This document shows positions 49,561-63,882 of a stretch of 64,000 bases of DNA, in pieces (the stretch's first letter is position 1; every line of letters begins with the position of its first letter). The stretch lies in assembly GCA_964187785.1 (NCBI GenBank), contig OZ076409.1:40736001-40800000 (forward strand), in the 5' to 3' direction. The stretch is from Amphiscolops sp. MND2022. Its lineage: Eukaryota. The translations under genes and the position numbers were made by a program. The notes under the pieces were generated by a model. The model saw nothing but the letters and a program-made list of their open reading frames with translations. It had not been told where the DNA came from and searched no databases.

Positions 49561-52500
49561 AGTGGTAGATGACAAGAAACTGCTGAAGTTGTCAGTTGTA
49601 AATACGTATCAACACTACCTGTCAAAAGTCTAGCTCAAGGTTCTTATGCCATCGCCAGTTGCCAAAGGCCTTGAGAAAAGATACACGTTCTAAAAAAACA
49701 CTTCAATTCATTGTACTGTACAATACATTCTTAATCCTTTACATCTTTCACATTCATATTCAAGCTCCACGTTAACATGGCGCTGCGAACAGAAAGCAGC
49801 AATTCATCTTCTTCTTTAACATTGTCAACAACTGCAATGTCTCATCTCGTCGAGCTACCTGTGTATTGGCATGAGGCCAGTTCAACCCCTACAACGGACT
49901 GGGACAAGTGGCTGGATCTATTCCAATTGGCCAATATGGCCAAGGGCTCTATTTCAATCACAGAGTTGACTCGAGAAGCGAATGACCAGATTCCAAGGGT
50001 TCGAGCTTTATTAGGGGATATGGACGAAGACCCTGCGAACAAAAAAGTAGTTAGTGTTAGGTGTCCCTCACTTGGAGAGGCGGCAAGAAAACTAATCAAA
50101 GATATACACCCACATACAACCCTCTGGAAATTAAAGGTGAGAGAACTGATACAGCTAGCTAGGGATTCTTTCCAAATAAAAAGAAATCGCACCCTCGACT
50201 GCCATAAGTTTTTTCTCAAGAATGCAGCAACCCATCGAGACACTTCAACATTTCTGGCACACGTTGAGTGGCTTAGCTGCCCCGTGCGACTGTGGAAAAA
50301 CAACGTATACCCTTGTACTAGACATGTTCATTTTACAAATGAACAACAAAAAGTGTAGGAAAAACTTTGCACCGAACCCCGTGAGCCGGAACAGGCCCTG
50401 GAATTTGCAATTGCATTTGAGGAGAGGGTGAAAATTCAAAAGTCGTATGGACTACAGACAGCGGAAACCCCAAAAACTGCGGTGAAAATCAAGCCAATAT
50501 ATGCAATAAAAAAGAGTCCAACTCACAGGAAAATTTCAGATGTGTGGAATCGAACCTTACCCCGGAACGTATAAAGAACCGTACAGCGACAAATACCCGA
50601 TGTATATTTTGTTGTGGGGCACGTAAAAAATTGCTGCAAAAAGAAGTTCCCTCAACGTTTAAAAAGAAATGCTGCAAAGGTTGAAGTTTTAAAACAACAA
50701 CTGACAAGGAATGCGAAGACTAAATTACATCGACGAGGAAAGTGAAGATCACGAATCTGGCAATAACGAAGAGCAACTAGTTCTACAAATCGACGGAAAA
50801 GGAAGCAACCCCTTCTACATGGAAGGAACTATGTGCAGAAAATATTTTAAAGCAATCATCGATACCGGTTCCCCAGTGTCTATTTTTACCAAACGAGATT
50901 TGACTAAAATCATCGGCGAAAGAAAGGTGGTAATCAGGGAGATGATAGACAATGAGCGATACGTAGACTACAATAAAAGACCTCTGGATCTATTGGGTTA
51001 CCAATTCGTGCGCCTAGAAGTTGCCGGAGTCACAGTCTCGAAAGCAAATGTGTTGGTGGCACCAAATAGCGGAAAATCGATAATCGGCCGCAATTGGCTA
51101 ATTAATCTACGTTACAAAATTAATCAGCCAATAGAAAGAGGTGAGTGCAAATTAAACACTGACTTTTTAAAGTGCGCTGAACAGGTAAATGAGGTAAGTC
51201 CCGAAGAAAGCATCAACCCCGATGATCAGCAAATAAAGCGTGAATTTCCATTTTTGTGTAGACGAAAAGGTCGGGTACAGAATTTTGAAATAAAAATCGA
51301 TATGAAATATAATGACAAAAATTCACAGCAAAAAGGCCGTCGAATTCCTATTCATTCCGAAGACGCCACATTGAAAAAGTAGAGGAAACTCAAGATGACT
51401 TATTTATTGAACTGACAGTTATGACAGTTAAAAAGGATAAGTCGGTGAAAATAGCCCTGGATGCACGTTTGTTAAACGAATCAATAGCTGAAGACAAATA
51501 CCAAATGCCCAATTTAGATAATTTGATTGACTGATTGCGGAAGAAATGGAAAATGAAGGGGAAGCTTGGTATTCGTCTGTAGACATGACTTGTGCTTGTG
51601 GACAGATTCCGTAACATGAATTAACAAAAAGGCACTGTAATTTGTGGAGGAAAATCTACTGGAACATATCGCTTCACTACTGGGTATTATGGCCTGACCG
51701 TAATGCCTACTGAATTTCAAAAAATAATAGTTTTGACTCTACCCAATATAGATAGTGTTTTTGTCTATATAGATGACATTTTAATTGTACCCAAGGGAAC
51801 TAAACAAGAGCATGTGAATAAAGTAAGACAAGTAATGAGAGTGCCGTACGACGCCAATTTGCAACTAAAGGCGGGAAAATGCATATTTGCTCAAGAGAGC
51901 ATAGAATGGCTAGGCTTCAAATTAACACAAACATGCATCTCCCCAACTAACTTAAAATCCCAGGTTATAAGTGAAAGATTGCGACCAACCAATCTAAAAC
52001 AATTAAGCTCAATTTGGGGGGCAGTCAATCAATTTAGTAAATTCATACTTAGTTTAGCTTCAATTCGTTTTCCTTTAAGATCTATTTTAAAGAAGGATGC
52101 AGAGTGGGAATGGAATGACAGTCATGAGAAAGCAATTGTAAAAATTAATGAAGAGATCAAGAACTTTGTAGAATTATCACCTTCAAAAGAAGGAACCAAG
52201 AAATTAGACTTATTTGCGACGCGAGCAAAAAAGTGTTAGGCGCAGTTCTGCAACAAAGAAAAAATAAAAATGAGTGAAGACCAATCGCTTCGCATCACGC
52301 TTTTCAACAGAATTGAAACAGAATACTACATTAATGAACTGGAGCTACTAGCATTAGTATGGGCAGTTGAACATTTTAAATGTTATGATAAAGTGTACAG
52401 TTTAAAGTAATTTCAGACCATAAAGCGCTAATGTCAGTAATGAAACCAAACAGGGGAAATTAGACTTTTTCGAGTAGATTAACCAGATGGGTAGCTAGAT

Positions 52501-54802
52501 TGTTACCTTTTGAATTTGAAGTAGTACATGTAGTCGGGAGAACATTAGGAATGGCAGACTATTTATCTCCAACTGAATTACAAGGAGCATCGTTGAAAGC
52601 TAAAGCACTGTGACATGAATGATTTACTGTAAATAGTGTAATTAATTTGAAAGATGTTTTAGAAGACGGGACGTCAGCAAGCAATCCAAACGGGAGTGAA
52701 AGAACTAGCGTAAACCGCGTAAATCAAAAGCCAAAGCACGCGAGCCAATCAGGAAGAGGGACGAACGCGATTCGCCGGAATCAAGTAAGATTCATTGTGC
52801 CAATAACTCAAGCAACTTAAACATGAGTGAAGATTCCGCGATTCAATTACTCAACGAGAAGTTGCTACTGGCAAGTTATTCTGCTGATTGAACGACGGGT
52901 TATCGCAATTGTGAAAAACTACAAAAAAAACAGCCGTGAGTCGCATTCCGTTTCCTTGGCGAGAAAAATATTAGTCGTTCTCTTTTGATGAACGCAATGT
53001 TCTATACATGGATAATCGTTTGATTACTCCCCATCAATGCGAGCTATGATAATGTGTTCGCTCCCTTACGGACACCCCGGTCGCGACGCGATGTTATCAA
53101 TCGTGAGTGACATTTGGTGGCCTCGAATTGGTGATCGGGATGTGATTGATCAAGCGCGCCTTTGTGAGCAATGCTTAGAATCAGGTAACAATATAAAAGG
53201 TATTCAAAGCCAAGGAAAAACGGGAAATATTCCTAGAACGAAAGAACAAATAAGGAAATGGCATTTGATTTCACCGGACGCTTCCAAAACGCGAGGGAAG
53301 GAAATAAGTATTTACTAGTATCAATTGATCATTTTCCGGGATGACCGGCTGCAAAATTCTTACGTTGCCCGACTAGGAAAAAGGTAATTGAATTCTTGAA
53401 ACAATATATTGCCCAATTCGGTGTTCCAAAGAAAATAAGAACAGACCCCGGCACGGTGTTCGTAAGTGAAGAATTCGCCCGGATGTCCACACTATTTGGA
53501 AAAGAACACATAACTTGTCCGGTGCGCGATCACAGGGGAAATGGTAAAATCGAGCGACTGATAGAGAACGATTAATTGACGCTTGCGAACAAATAAACAA
53601 ATAATAGTAACAAAGGACCAATAAGGACTGTCGAAAATTTTGTACGCGTAACGAATAAGCAAAAAGAAGGATGGTAGCTCGCCTTTTGAAAAATAATGGG
53701 GAAAGAACTTAACACGGTGAAACCTAACTTAGTTTCAAAATGGCTGGGTATTTCAGAACAGGACCCAGACCTCCAATTCGACAATTCTGATTTCCAAGAT
53801 GATCTGGACTCTACTGACTTGGTCAGAGAAAGATCGAGAGGAACGAAACTACAAGGAGCCTTCGACAAAAAGGCCGGAAGAAAACTAAAAGAGTCCGCAC
53901 AAACAATCACAATGCTACCGGAAGCATCGAATGAACCAGAAATGTACGCAAAACGAGATGTGGCCATCGCAACAAGAGCGCAAAAGGAGAGGTTCCAAAA
54001 TGACACAAATCAGCCAGACAAAAAGAAGAAAAGAACAAGAGTAGAGACCACATCGGATTAGGACAGCAGCGTGTGCAAGAAAGAGCGTAAGAAGTGTCAG
54101 AAGAAGAAAACAGCTCGGCAGTTTGCGACATTAGCGTTTGACTAAGACAACGAGGAAGAGGCGAGGCCCCCCGTAGTAGATATCACAACAAGTTCCACTG
54201 AACAGGAAATGGATAAAAAGAAGGGACATGAGCAGAGAGGCGCCCCTGATGAAAAGAAGGAAAATGCGCAAAACCCCGAGAAATCGACTTGCCCGATAAA
54301 GGCCACAACGAAATGGGAAGTAGAATACAAGCCTCAAGACCCCCCAAGAGGAAATTCTAGAGAGTTTGAGTGCCCACAAAGCGATACAAGATTGACTTCG
54401 TTCAATTGGATAGTGAGAGGGATACATAGATGAGACACTGGAACAATGCAACATTTAAATATTACTCAAACCAGTACCATTTGTGTTAACCTGTACTACC
54501 AGTATTAATCTTGTTTGTTTTTTTTCATTAGAGAAGTTATTTGTTGTGTCAAGTGAGGATTATTTAATGTACAACTTCTCCTAAAGCGGGGAATGTGGTA
54601 GATGACATGAAAGTGCTGAAGTTGTCAGTTATATCAACACTACCTGTCAAAAATCTAGTTTGATATTCTCATGCTAGCGCCAGTTGCCAAAGAACCTTGA
54701 GAAAAGCTACACGTTCTAAAAAACACTTCAATTCATTGTACTGTACAATACTTTCTTAATCCTCTACATCTTTTACATTCATATAGAAGCTCCACGATAA
54801 CA
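49561..54802 (+). mobile_element. Full-length but decayed Ty3/Gypsy retrotransposon (short LTRs, Mag-like features)
   Basis: LTRs 49561-49777 and 54594-54802. TSD gttaa/gttaa. PBS TGGCGCTGCGAACAG at 49778 and PPT aaagcggggaa at 54583-54593. Gag DWDKWLDLF, protease AIIDTGSPVS, RT VYIDDILI, RNase H ELELLALVWAVEHF, integrase HPGRD..CEQC, RTDPG and GNGKIER. Frameshifted. Confidence 0.96.
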
Positions 54803-55195
54803 GTTAAGTGTGCTATTGGGGATAATTGTAGCTTTATCGGTCAAGTTGGGAAAAACCTTGACGGATAACATTTTGTGCAGTTTAATAGAACAAAAAAGGA
54901 GGTACAGTACCGAAAAGACCTAGAAGGGAAACATTTGACCTTATTCAGTGTTTCAACCAGTTGAGAAAATTAGATCGAGGGCAGCAGATGTCAGAGAAGG
55001 ATTAGAAACCGCGTGGACTAGTATGGTAAGAAGCCATCAGAGAATTGTAGATAAGCAAAAGAAAGACCTGTAAGCCACTTCGTGATCTAATGATGTGGAT
55101 AAAGGAGATCATTCAACCTTTTTGTTACGCAAAGATGAATTATATAATTACCGAGCAATAATGTAGGATTAACAATAAGATCGACGATCTTAACA

Positions 55196-57900
55196 TGGCG
55201 CAGTAAGCAAGATTTATTTTTACACGCAATTGAAAACTTTGCCGACTAACAATCCATGACGACCACATCAAACGACATACATATACCATACCTAGAAGAT
55301 AACGGACTTGATCGTCATCGACATCGAACCGACATAGAATCCTAATCCATGAAACAACACCAACGGAAGCCCAATGGAATGGAAAGACAGAAATCTTACA
55401 AAACTTTTTTAGAGCGCCGAACGGCCAGTCGTCGAATTTATTACCAGAGGAAATACAACACCGGATACGATTAAAACGGATACGATTAAAACGGATACAA
55501 ACTAAAACGAACAAACTATTGTAACTATTCAACGACTACTACATGCCTATTTAAATACACTACATAACATTGGGTATTTATTCAGTACCAAACAAGAAAA
55601 ATTCGAAACACCGGAAGAACAGTGACGAAAACTGATTCCACTGGAAAAAACACTGGTTTCAAAAATATAAAACAAGATGCCATGTATCCAAAGTAATCAA
55701 TACCTGCAATACCAACATCAATTCACACGTGAAAAGACACGATCAAAACGGCTGTGGGATTATCAACAAACGACCGCTATGACGAGACGACATGAAAACC
55801 CCTCAAATCACTGCAATGGCAAAAGACAAAGAGTTAAAGTAAGAAGCAAGTCAGAAAATACAAACACGACAAAAGCAAGAATATCTAAGAGGCATAATGA
55901 AAACAAGAACCACGAAAACCTCAACACAACTGAAAAAGCGGGACAATGCCCCAATTGCCAAAAAATAGGATACTAAGAACGTGTATGCTGACGCAAACCC
56001 GCCACTACTTTGAGAAATATAAAAAACTACCTGACAGACAATTTTTTGGAAGAAATCGAACCATTAAAAAGTCAACCACATAACACAAATCATGGAAATC
56101 CTACTAGACAGATACGAAAATCAGAAATAAATCAGAAAATATTGACCACCGTCTCGGCCAAACATTTGAACCCCAAACTATCAAAAGAAACGAAATGTAA
56201 AAAAAAACGAACTTATAATGAAAACCGGAATGTTCAATAAAACAATAGGCATAAAGAACGTCTAACGGGAAACTACATTCTAAGACAGCCTGAAGACAGC
56301 GACAGATCAAAAAGAAGAATTTATCTCCAATTAAAAAGATGATCTCCATTTTGAAAGTGAAAAGATACATCTTGGAGGCGGATAAATTGTGACTTGTTGG
56401 AACGAAATACCACCAAAACATAACGAGGCTGGGCAACCGCCAAAAAAACTGAATCAAGAGTCTCATCAACACCTGATGAACCGGTACTAACACAAGAACC
56501 AGGAGCTTACCCAGCAATCCCGGTTCAGGATTACAGTGAGGTCCCACTCAAAGTAATCGCGGTACACTATGAGCGAACCAACAGCATAGTACACAAGAAA
56601 GCAGAGACAAACAAACAACAGGAAGTCAATGTTCCAGCAGCAGCTGAACTTCAATTTACTGTATTAGGAAACACTAAAAACGACCATCATCGATTCCGAC
56701 TTTTCTGAACTGCAATGCTTCCTGGTCGATAACAACCTTGGGCAAATCGCAGAGTACTACCAGCAAGTATCGAGGAAACTCTGACACCGCACGCGAAAAC
56801 GATGGTCAACGACTAAAACCTAATCCCGATGAGACCCAGATACGGGGCAGTAAATGCACTATATGTCGACCACACTGGAAATAACAAAATGTGAAGCTAG
56901 GCAGCCATCTTCTGGAGTCTCAAACATGCAGGGAGATATCAACGAGAAGTCAAAAACGTGCTGAGCCTGCCTCAACGCCTGTAGTATTCGAATTTATCAA
57001 ATACCCTGCTCTGAAAAAAAACGAAAGTTAAACCACCAGGAAAGACAGAACGATTTTAAAATGATTCCGGGGGAAATATACACAAAATTTTTCACATCTT
57101 TACCGTCTGTAGTTTAGCCCAGGCAGGCAAAATGAGCCGCTGGCTCTTAGTTAAAATTTGTAAAAGTACTAACCATGGATTTTAAAATCAATTAAGTCAG
57201 ATAAATGCGGTGCTTTCATCTCCAAAGAGTACCGACTTTATTGCAGCTTACAAAATTTAATCCGCTATTACGGTGCCGCCAATTTACATACCAGCACGTG
57301 ATTGGTTGCAATAACGATCCAATCATTGAAAAAACCTGCCCAAAGCAAAGTTAGAAGATGAATCAGAACTCCATGTAACTCTGAAAAACCGTTATGTGTC
57401 CTCAATTTTACAGTATGTTTAGAAACGACGAAAACATCGTTCGAACTACATTTCGGACGCTCACCGAGAATCAAACTACCTAACATAAAAATGCTAGTAT
57501 AGTTGACTCAAAGGACCTTTAAAATACACATCACCCGGAACTCGGTCAAACAAGCCGGGAACGGCCCAAGTCAGCGCCATATCTAAGGCTCAACAAATTA
57601 TGGGGGGAAATGGAAAAAAAATAGCTGAAAAAAATTGAAAACGTTATATTTACCTAAAGGAAAAGGCGCCGACTAAAAACACCTGATTACTTCGTCATAC
57701 TGAGCCAAAATACAGAAGAGGATTGACAGTTTCACAAGCAAGGAAATCGTCAAATACCGTAAGTACGAATGGAAACTTCGATTACCCAATCACGATCAGA
57801 CGATGAACTCATTGGTTATAACAATAGTGATGGAAAATAAATAGTGTCCCCGAGAACAATGAAGACAAGTTGCAAATACACTCTCGGGAAGATATGAACT
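55196..57900 (+). mobile_element. Highly degenerate Gypsy remnant related to the 4396-9009 and 43967-45322 elements
   Basis: ...taaCA|TGGCGCAGTAAGC PBS at 55196. Decayed gag and integrase blocks resemble 4980-5160 and 8030-8500 (cctcaacgcc, gttgactcaaagga..., aactcgg). The right boundary is approximate. Confidence 0.7.
57548..57676 (-). mobile_element. Minimal (~130 bp) HINE copy inserted in the Gypsy remnant
   Basis: aaacaagccgggaacggcccaagtcagcgccatatctaaggctca...aaaggcgccgactaa. Confidence 0.75.
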
Positions 57901-60900
57901 TAACCGCAGGATACAGTATAAAGACGGGAAGATCGAAAACGAACCGGCACCTCCGGTCAGAAAAACAAAAAGATTTCGTCAGAGCGTCGTAGAAACGAGA
58001 TCGATGTTTTTAACAACGAGATCGAGGATCTTCACAGCACAGTGGCAAAAATACGCAAGAGAGGGAGATCTTGGCTCCAAAAACTCGTTTTTCTAACTGA
58101 AATCATCGAAACAATCAAGTTAAAGGTCTCCAATAAAATGAAATAAAGTTTTTGAAAAAAAGTTTCACAGTTATGGCAAAAAGCCTAAAGAAGAACCTTT
58201 GGTTTCTTCTACTTCTGTCATCAGGAAAAATGTAACCCCAGCTGAAACTAAGGTTTTTCTTTTTGTAATAACTTTGGCTTGCTTGTTTAGGTTTTAACGA
58301 AGATAGATACGATGCAACAGTTTTTTCTCTTTCGAATCATGTACAAAGAAACAAAACCAACTAGAAAAAAGAAGCATTCGAAAATTAAGCGATCCCGAGC
58401 ACCATACAGGTTATTTCAATGAACTGAATTGAAAGATATAAAAACGAATATGTTGATAGTTATCGACACTGTGATACGTTGAATGATAACGGTCATAGGA
58501 TGCTTGGAGCTAAGCTCGCGTTACGTTTTTTTGTTAGGCTTCTGTTTCAAATACACAATGTTTAAAGTTTGTACTATTCCATTTTAGTATATACAAAGTT
58601 TGGGGTTTTTTGAATTTTTCAGGAACCACGATGTCCATTCTGGACAGCATTTAGTCACTGCATCATGAAAAACTAATATGATAGTTATTAGAAAAACTAT
58701 TAGATAAGAACAACGTGGCATCGAAAAACTTATTGATGTAGAATTCTTTTGTTTTTGTTCTTTTCAACTGGTAATATTTTTAATACTTGCAGAAACGCAG
58801 AAGTAAATGCCACGTAGGAACAGGGCTGCAGCTGTTATCTTGACCGTTTTTCGATTTCAGAAAAGTGGAAATCTGAATTAGATGATGCTTTCATTATTCA
58901 TATATGAATTTTCGGAAGAAGGTTGCATTCGATTTTGGCTTTTTTCACGTCTCTGTGGCTCAGAAATGTAAAGAGGACAATGTTTCTTGAAAAAAACGGC
59001 ATCTTCAGATTTCAAGATCAAACAACAAGCAAGTTTTTGAAGACAACCGTAAAATGCCTGAAATGATTTGTTAAATGTTATTTTTGAAAATCACAGAAAA
59101 AACCAGAAAAAAGTCACCAAAATTCATGAATTACAATTTCAAAAAAAATGCTTTTTGCTTTCACAGAATTCCGGAGCCAAACAAAAATACTCTCTCATAT
59201 GAAATCTCGGAGTAATTTTTGTAAGACACGAAACAAAGATTTTTTAGAACACTCTATAAGGCGTTCAAGCAAACATATACGTATAGCTCAGGTGCAAGTA
59301 TAGATCTAAAAATTCTACATCCGGCGAAACAAACAGAATGGCGGATACCTTAGAAAAAGTTTTCAGGTTCGCATCACGGTGCAGATGCCATCTCGGTGGT
59401 CGAAGGGTGGGACTCGAGTGGATCATCGGTGACCACCGGTGGACTGCCATTGATTCCAACCCGTGTAAATTCAGAGGAAACTTGGCGTCAAGATCAAAAA
59501 ATTTCAGATCTTTTTTTTTGGATGAGACGCCACTTTACTTGAAAATGGAATTGAAGCTACCGAGATCTGAGCTCATGAGGCGTCTATGCAAAACAATCTA
59601 CGGAAGCATATGATCAACGCAGTTCCATACGATTCCATCCATGGCACTAGGACAGCATCGCTTTTCATACGCATCTTTTACAATGGTTTTTCCGTAGCTT
59701 CATTTTCACGAGCTATGTGACTACTGGGAACGCAATGAAGGCGACGTTCTTGTCGTGTGTCGTGTGTTTTGTGACCTCAAATCTTCAGGTTCCATTAGCC
59801 GAATGCTGTCAAAAGTATTCTGGTTCGCAATAACAGCATCTTGTTCCGGTATTTCAAAATTTTTATTTCTCTTTCATACCAATTCAAGACGTGCTATTAT
59901 AACATTACGAGTATAGAAATGAATTCCAGAAAAGGAATTTTTTAGTTCCGGGAAACTCCAACAGTGTTTCCCTATAATTCCGTACACGGGGCCACATTGA
60001 TCCATACGATTAACTGCACGCATAGATATGACATAAATTGAAGCTATGGAGTTGCGTAGATTTTTCCAAGTTTTCTTGGATCAAAGTAAGTGAAAAGGCT
60101 CGGAACAAGCTCGATTTTTCACTTTCTCACCACGACGTGGTTCAGTTTTCGATATTATTATCTTACAATTAAATCAAAATTGACTGAAAACTGATAGAAT
60201 TCAGTCGGGAAAGTGTTAGGTGATTATTGGTTGACTAAATTATTTTCTATAAAATGGTAGCGCATGGGGATTGATGCTAAATTTGTACTTTTGGGGTCTG
60301 AGTTTTTGAATTTTATGAACTGTGATGAAAAACATCGGCCGCTGGTTTCAAATAAATTGTGAGGCCAGTCAGTATCCATTGAAAACTTCTACGCCGGTTC
60401 TACAAAGACAGGTGTGAATTCATTCAGCCGTCATTGGAACGAGCTTAGAAACTCTCAATGGCTTCCACAAAACATTGTCATCAAATATTCAAAACAGCGT
60501 CTGCCGGAAACTTTCTGAGACATCTTTAGAAACACAATTTCTTTAAATGACCTTTTTTTACAGAATCGAATATTTAAAGTCTTGATGAAGATTCGGAGTG
60601 TGCTCCTTTAGAGAGCCTCAAAAACGTTATCGTGAAAGATGCAAGAAACAAAAAAGGACAAGAGAACTGCTTCTTTCCTAATGGCATCAATGAATCAAAC
60701 AAGCCGCCACTTTAGACAGTCTTAATTTATACTTCGGCATTTTTTTGATATTTTTTTGATAATTTTTATGAGAGAAACACTGGAAACAATTGAAATTTCC
60801 CTACTGGAAACTTACTGAGAATTTTGATAAAAACGTTAATTTCCGTTTTTTTGAGAATATGAAAAATCCAAGTTTTTTTCCAGCGGTTTCTGTCAAGAAT

Positions 60901-62121
60901 AAGTAGGTTGATATAGCTGAAAATAAATTGCCACTTGCTCTTGTGGTTACCGCTTGTCTGTGCGCGGCTGGTACTGAGAATCAATTTGCGGGACTGCTTT
61001 TTTCGTGACTATGCGACATTTTTCGAAGATATCAGGGGGGTCTGATATCTGAAGTTCATTCTGGGGAGCCCCTTTCATTTTTGATGCTTTCATTTTGAAA
61101 AGATGCTTTTTAAACACATTTTTTGCAACAATATAAATGCTCTACTTCGGGTTTATTAACGTGAATCCCTAAATATATTGAACATTACGAGGGCAAAGGC
61201 AAGCGAGAAACTTTTCCAAGTTGCCAAACTGGAACTCTTATTGTGCATTCGCATGCAATAGTTTTCATATCTGTAATGAAGATTTTAGTTTACTCAGATG
61301 CTTCTTCAGTCGAACAATTGGGACCAGAAGGTGTCTGATTATTTTACAAGCGTATAAATAGAATATACAAAAAAAATGCAATGCTACTGCGTCTTTTGTT
61401 GAAATTTTACTCCGGTTTCCAGATGAGAGAGCCCTTTGCAATTCTGGTCTTTTCGTGAAATTCGGAGACAAAAATGTTCTGGCTTGAAATTTGCGGCTAG
61501 CAAAAAATGTCTTGAATTTTTTATTACCGTTTCAAGATCCAAATTAAATTTCAAAATTAGAAAAAAATAAATTAGTAAGTCTCACTTTTATTACAAAACA
61601 ATTTTGCCAAAGAAATTTTTAATCACCATTTTCTTTCCCAAGACAAACTGAAGCAAAGTCACGTTTTCAATTTAATGTTTCCTCTACGAAAACATTCAGT
61701 GCCTGCTATGAAATCTGAATATGCTCGTTTCTATCAACCGCTTCTTTCTATTTTTTCCAGACCATATAGAATGATAATCCTTCAAAGTACAAAATGGTTT
61801 TTTGGTGGACAATTGAGGATAGAACCAACCTTTTTAAGTGTTTTCGAAAGACAATTAAAGCATTGAAGGATGCTTAGAAAGTCTTTATACAGATAACGCA
61901 TTGTCTTCAAAGAAATCTGTGGAAAACATTTAAAAGTGTCCAATATTTTAAGACTAGGTAGAAATTATACAAGGTTTTTTAATTGATAGCGCCAATTAGA
62001 ATTTTTTATTTATTCTTTTTCAAATCTCAATTGACTTACATTCGATTCAGGCTTTCAACTTAGTTGACTACGTAAACCGAGCGTGACGGAGATTATTTCA
62101 ATCCATTTATTCCTAGTCAAG

Positions 62122-63882
62122 TGTCATGAACATTTCGATTGATGAACTCACCGGTGCGGTGGTCACCACATTGTTCATTTCCTAGATGAGTTTTCACGTT
62201 GGAATTGGGCTGTACTTCGGAGTTAATTTCCGGTCTCTCAACAGAAGTTTCCCACACCCTTCTAGTCTCGCGTCCCGATCCGGCCATTACAACATTTTGA
62301 ATTTGGGGCAAAATCTGAGTGCTTATTGCCTCACTTATGGCTCTTTGGATTTAAGAACTAACGCTACTCATCGTCGCATCCATTTCTCTAGATATTCTAG
62401 AGTTCAACTCGCTTGACAACCTGTTAATTTCAGCCTGAGAATTCATGTCTGCTGAATTTTGGCCATAATTGGCATTTGACCTTACATTGGGATCTCTACG
62501 ATCAGAGTAAAGATTTTCCTCTCCTTCATCTAAGTTATTACTCATGACACTTTCATGCCTTCTGACTGAAGTACTATCAAGACTTCCGTCCCTTTCGGTT
62601 CTATTAGAATGGTTCTCACCCAACATGATATCAAGTTTTTCAATGTCAGATAACATTTCTAAACCCCTTGATTTTCTCGTTTTCTTTTGCTTCCTTGTAG
62701 TAGGCATTAAGACAGAACCGGGTTGAATATTTCAATTATTGAAACCGGAAAGCTAACAGAGTAACTGTATTGAGTATTGAGTATCTTTACTAGTACAAGA
62801 TCAACTGTTTTTATAACTCTCCCCAGCAAGGTGGTACTATTTATACTGCTCGGGGAATGACAATCACATTTTTTACATGACTAGTTAAGAAAATGGAATC
62901 ACATGATTCACAACTTCATAGGGAAAATGTCCCGACACCTACATATTATTAGGGGACAATTAAGGAATGGCATCTAAAAGGTATTTGATAAAACAACAGT
63001 TATAAACAAATTACCGACTAAGGCAATTGCATCAAAGTGTCAACAAATACCTCCGCTTACATATTTTACAACGGAGTGAAGTGAAGGCACGTGCCGACAC
63101 AAGACTACTGCTGACCACATCAAGAATGGAATGTAATATTGCATGAACGAATTTAATACAACCTAAGTGTGTGTAAAGGTACATTTTCATGTTGAGGCCG
63201 GAATGGGTCAAAAACCATTAAATAAACGGCACATTAAGGGGACATGGTAAAATGGCCTTAATTGTCCATCATATTTTGGTTGGGGTTATTTAGGTGTCAA
63301 AGTGTTACAAGTGCTTTTATTTAGTTTAAAATCATGAATTTACTAGCTCCGAGTAAATACCAGTCTAATTAAATAACAAAGTACTACGATGCGTGAATTG
63401 GCCGGAACCGGCCATTTGACTGAAGTACTAGTGAACGTAAGCTCCATTTAGTCAATAGGCCTTATTCGGCCAATATAGCATGAAAGCACCTATACAACGA
63501 AAGAAACGATTCTGATTGGTTGACAAATACGTAGCAAGTCATATCGCCGAGAAAGGACGTTTTCGCACTTGAACACGTTTCCTTCTCGCGATTAACTTGC
63601 CTATTGTTTGCTACTGCATCAATTCAACTTCGCTTTTCAGTTTCACTCTCAGTATACTACATCAACGAATTGATTTGGCTAATCCCAAATAGTAATATTA
63701 ACAGACTAATATAAACTGCAACATATCAAAAAATATAACGGTCTGCAAACGAATATTATTGCTAAATGTGAGTTTTTAAAATTCAACAGTGTACTTGCTC
63801 AAAATGTAGGCAGAGTTCCGGGTTTCTTGGTTTGTTGCCGTCATCGTTATCAGTGTGCCATCACAGGCGGCAGCCTGCGACA
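62122..63882 (-). mobile_element. Complete long solo LTR (family B, 1761 bp) with an internal gag-like ORF
   Basis: TGTCGCAGGCTGCC...AATGTTCATGACA with a perfect 5-bp TSD tcaag (62117-62121 and 63883-63887). ORF MPTTRKQKKTRKSRGLEMLSDIEKLDIMLG starts at 62707 and continues after one frameshift (...PQIQNVVMAG...NRNVHD) to the LTR end. Confidence 0.92.

Noticed and set aside
49561..54802. Active retrotransposon or an env-bearing element
   Set aside because: Multiple stops and frameshifts and diverged LTRs. The region after integrase is a charged low-complexity tail with no signal peptide or TM segment.
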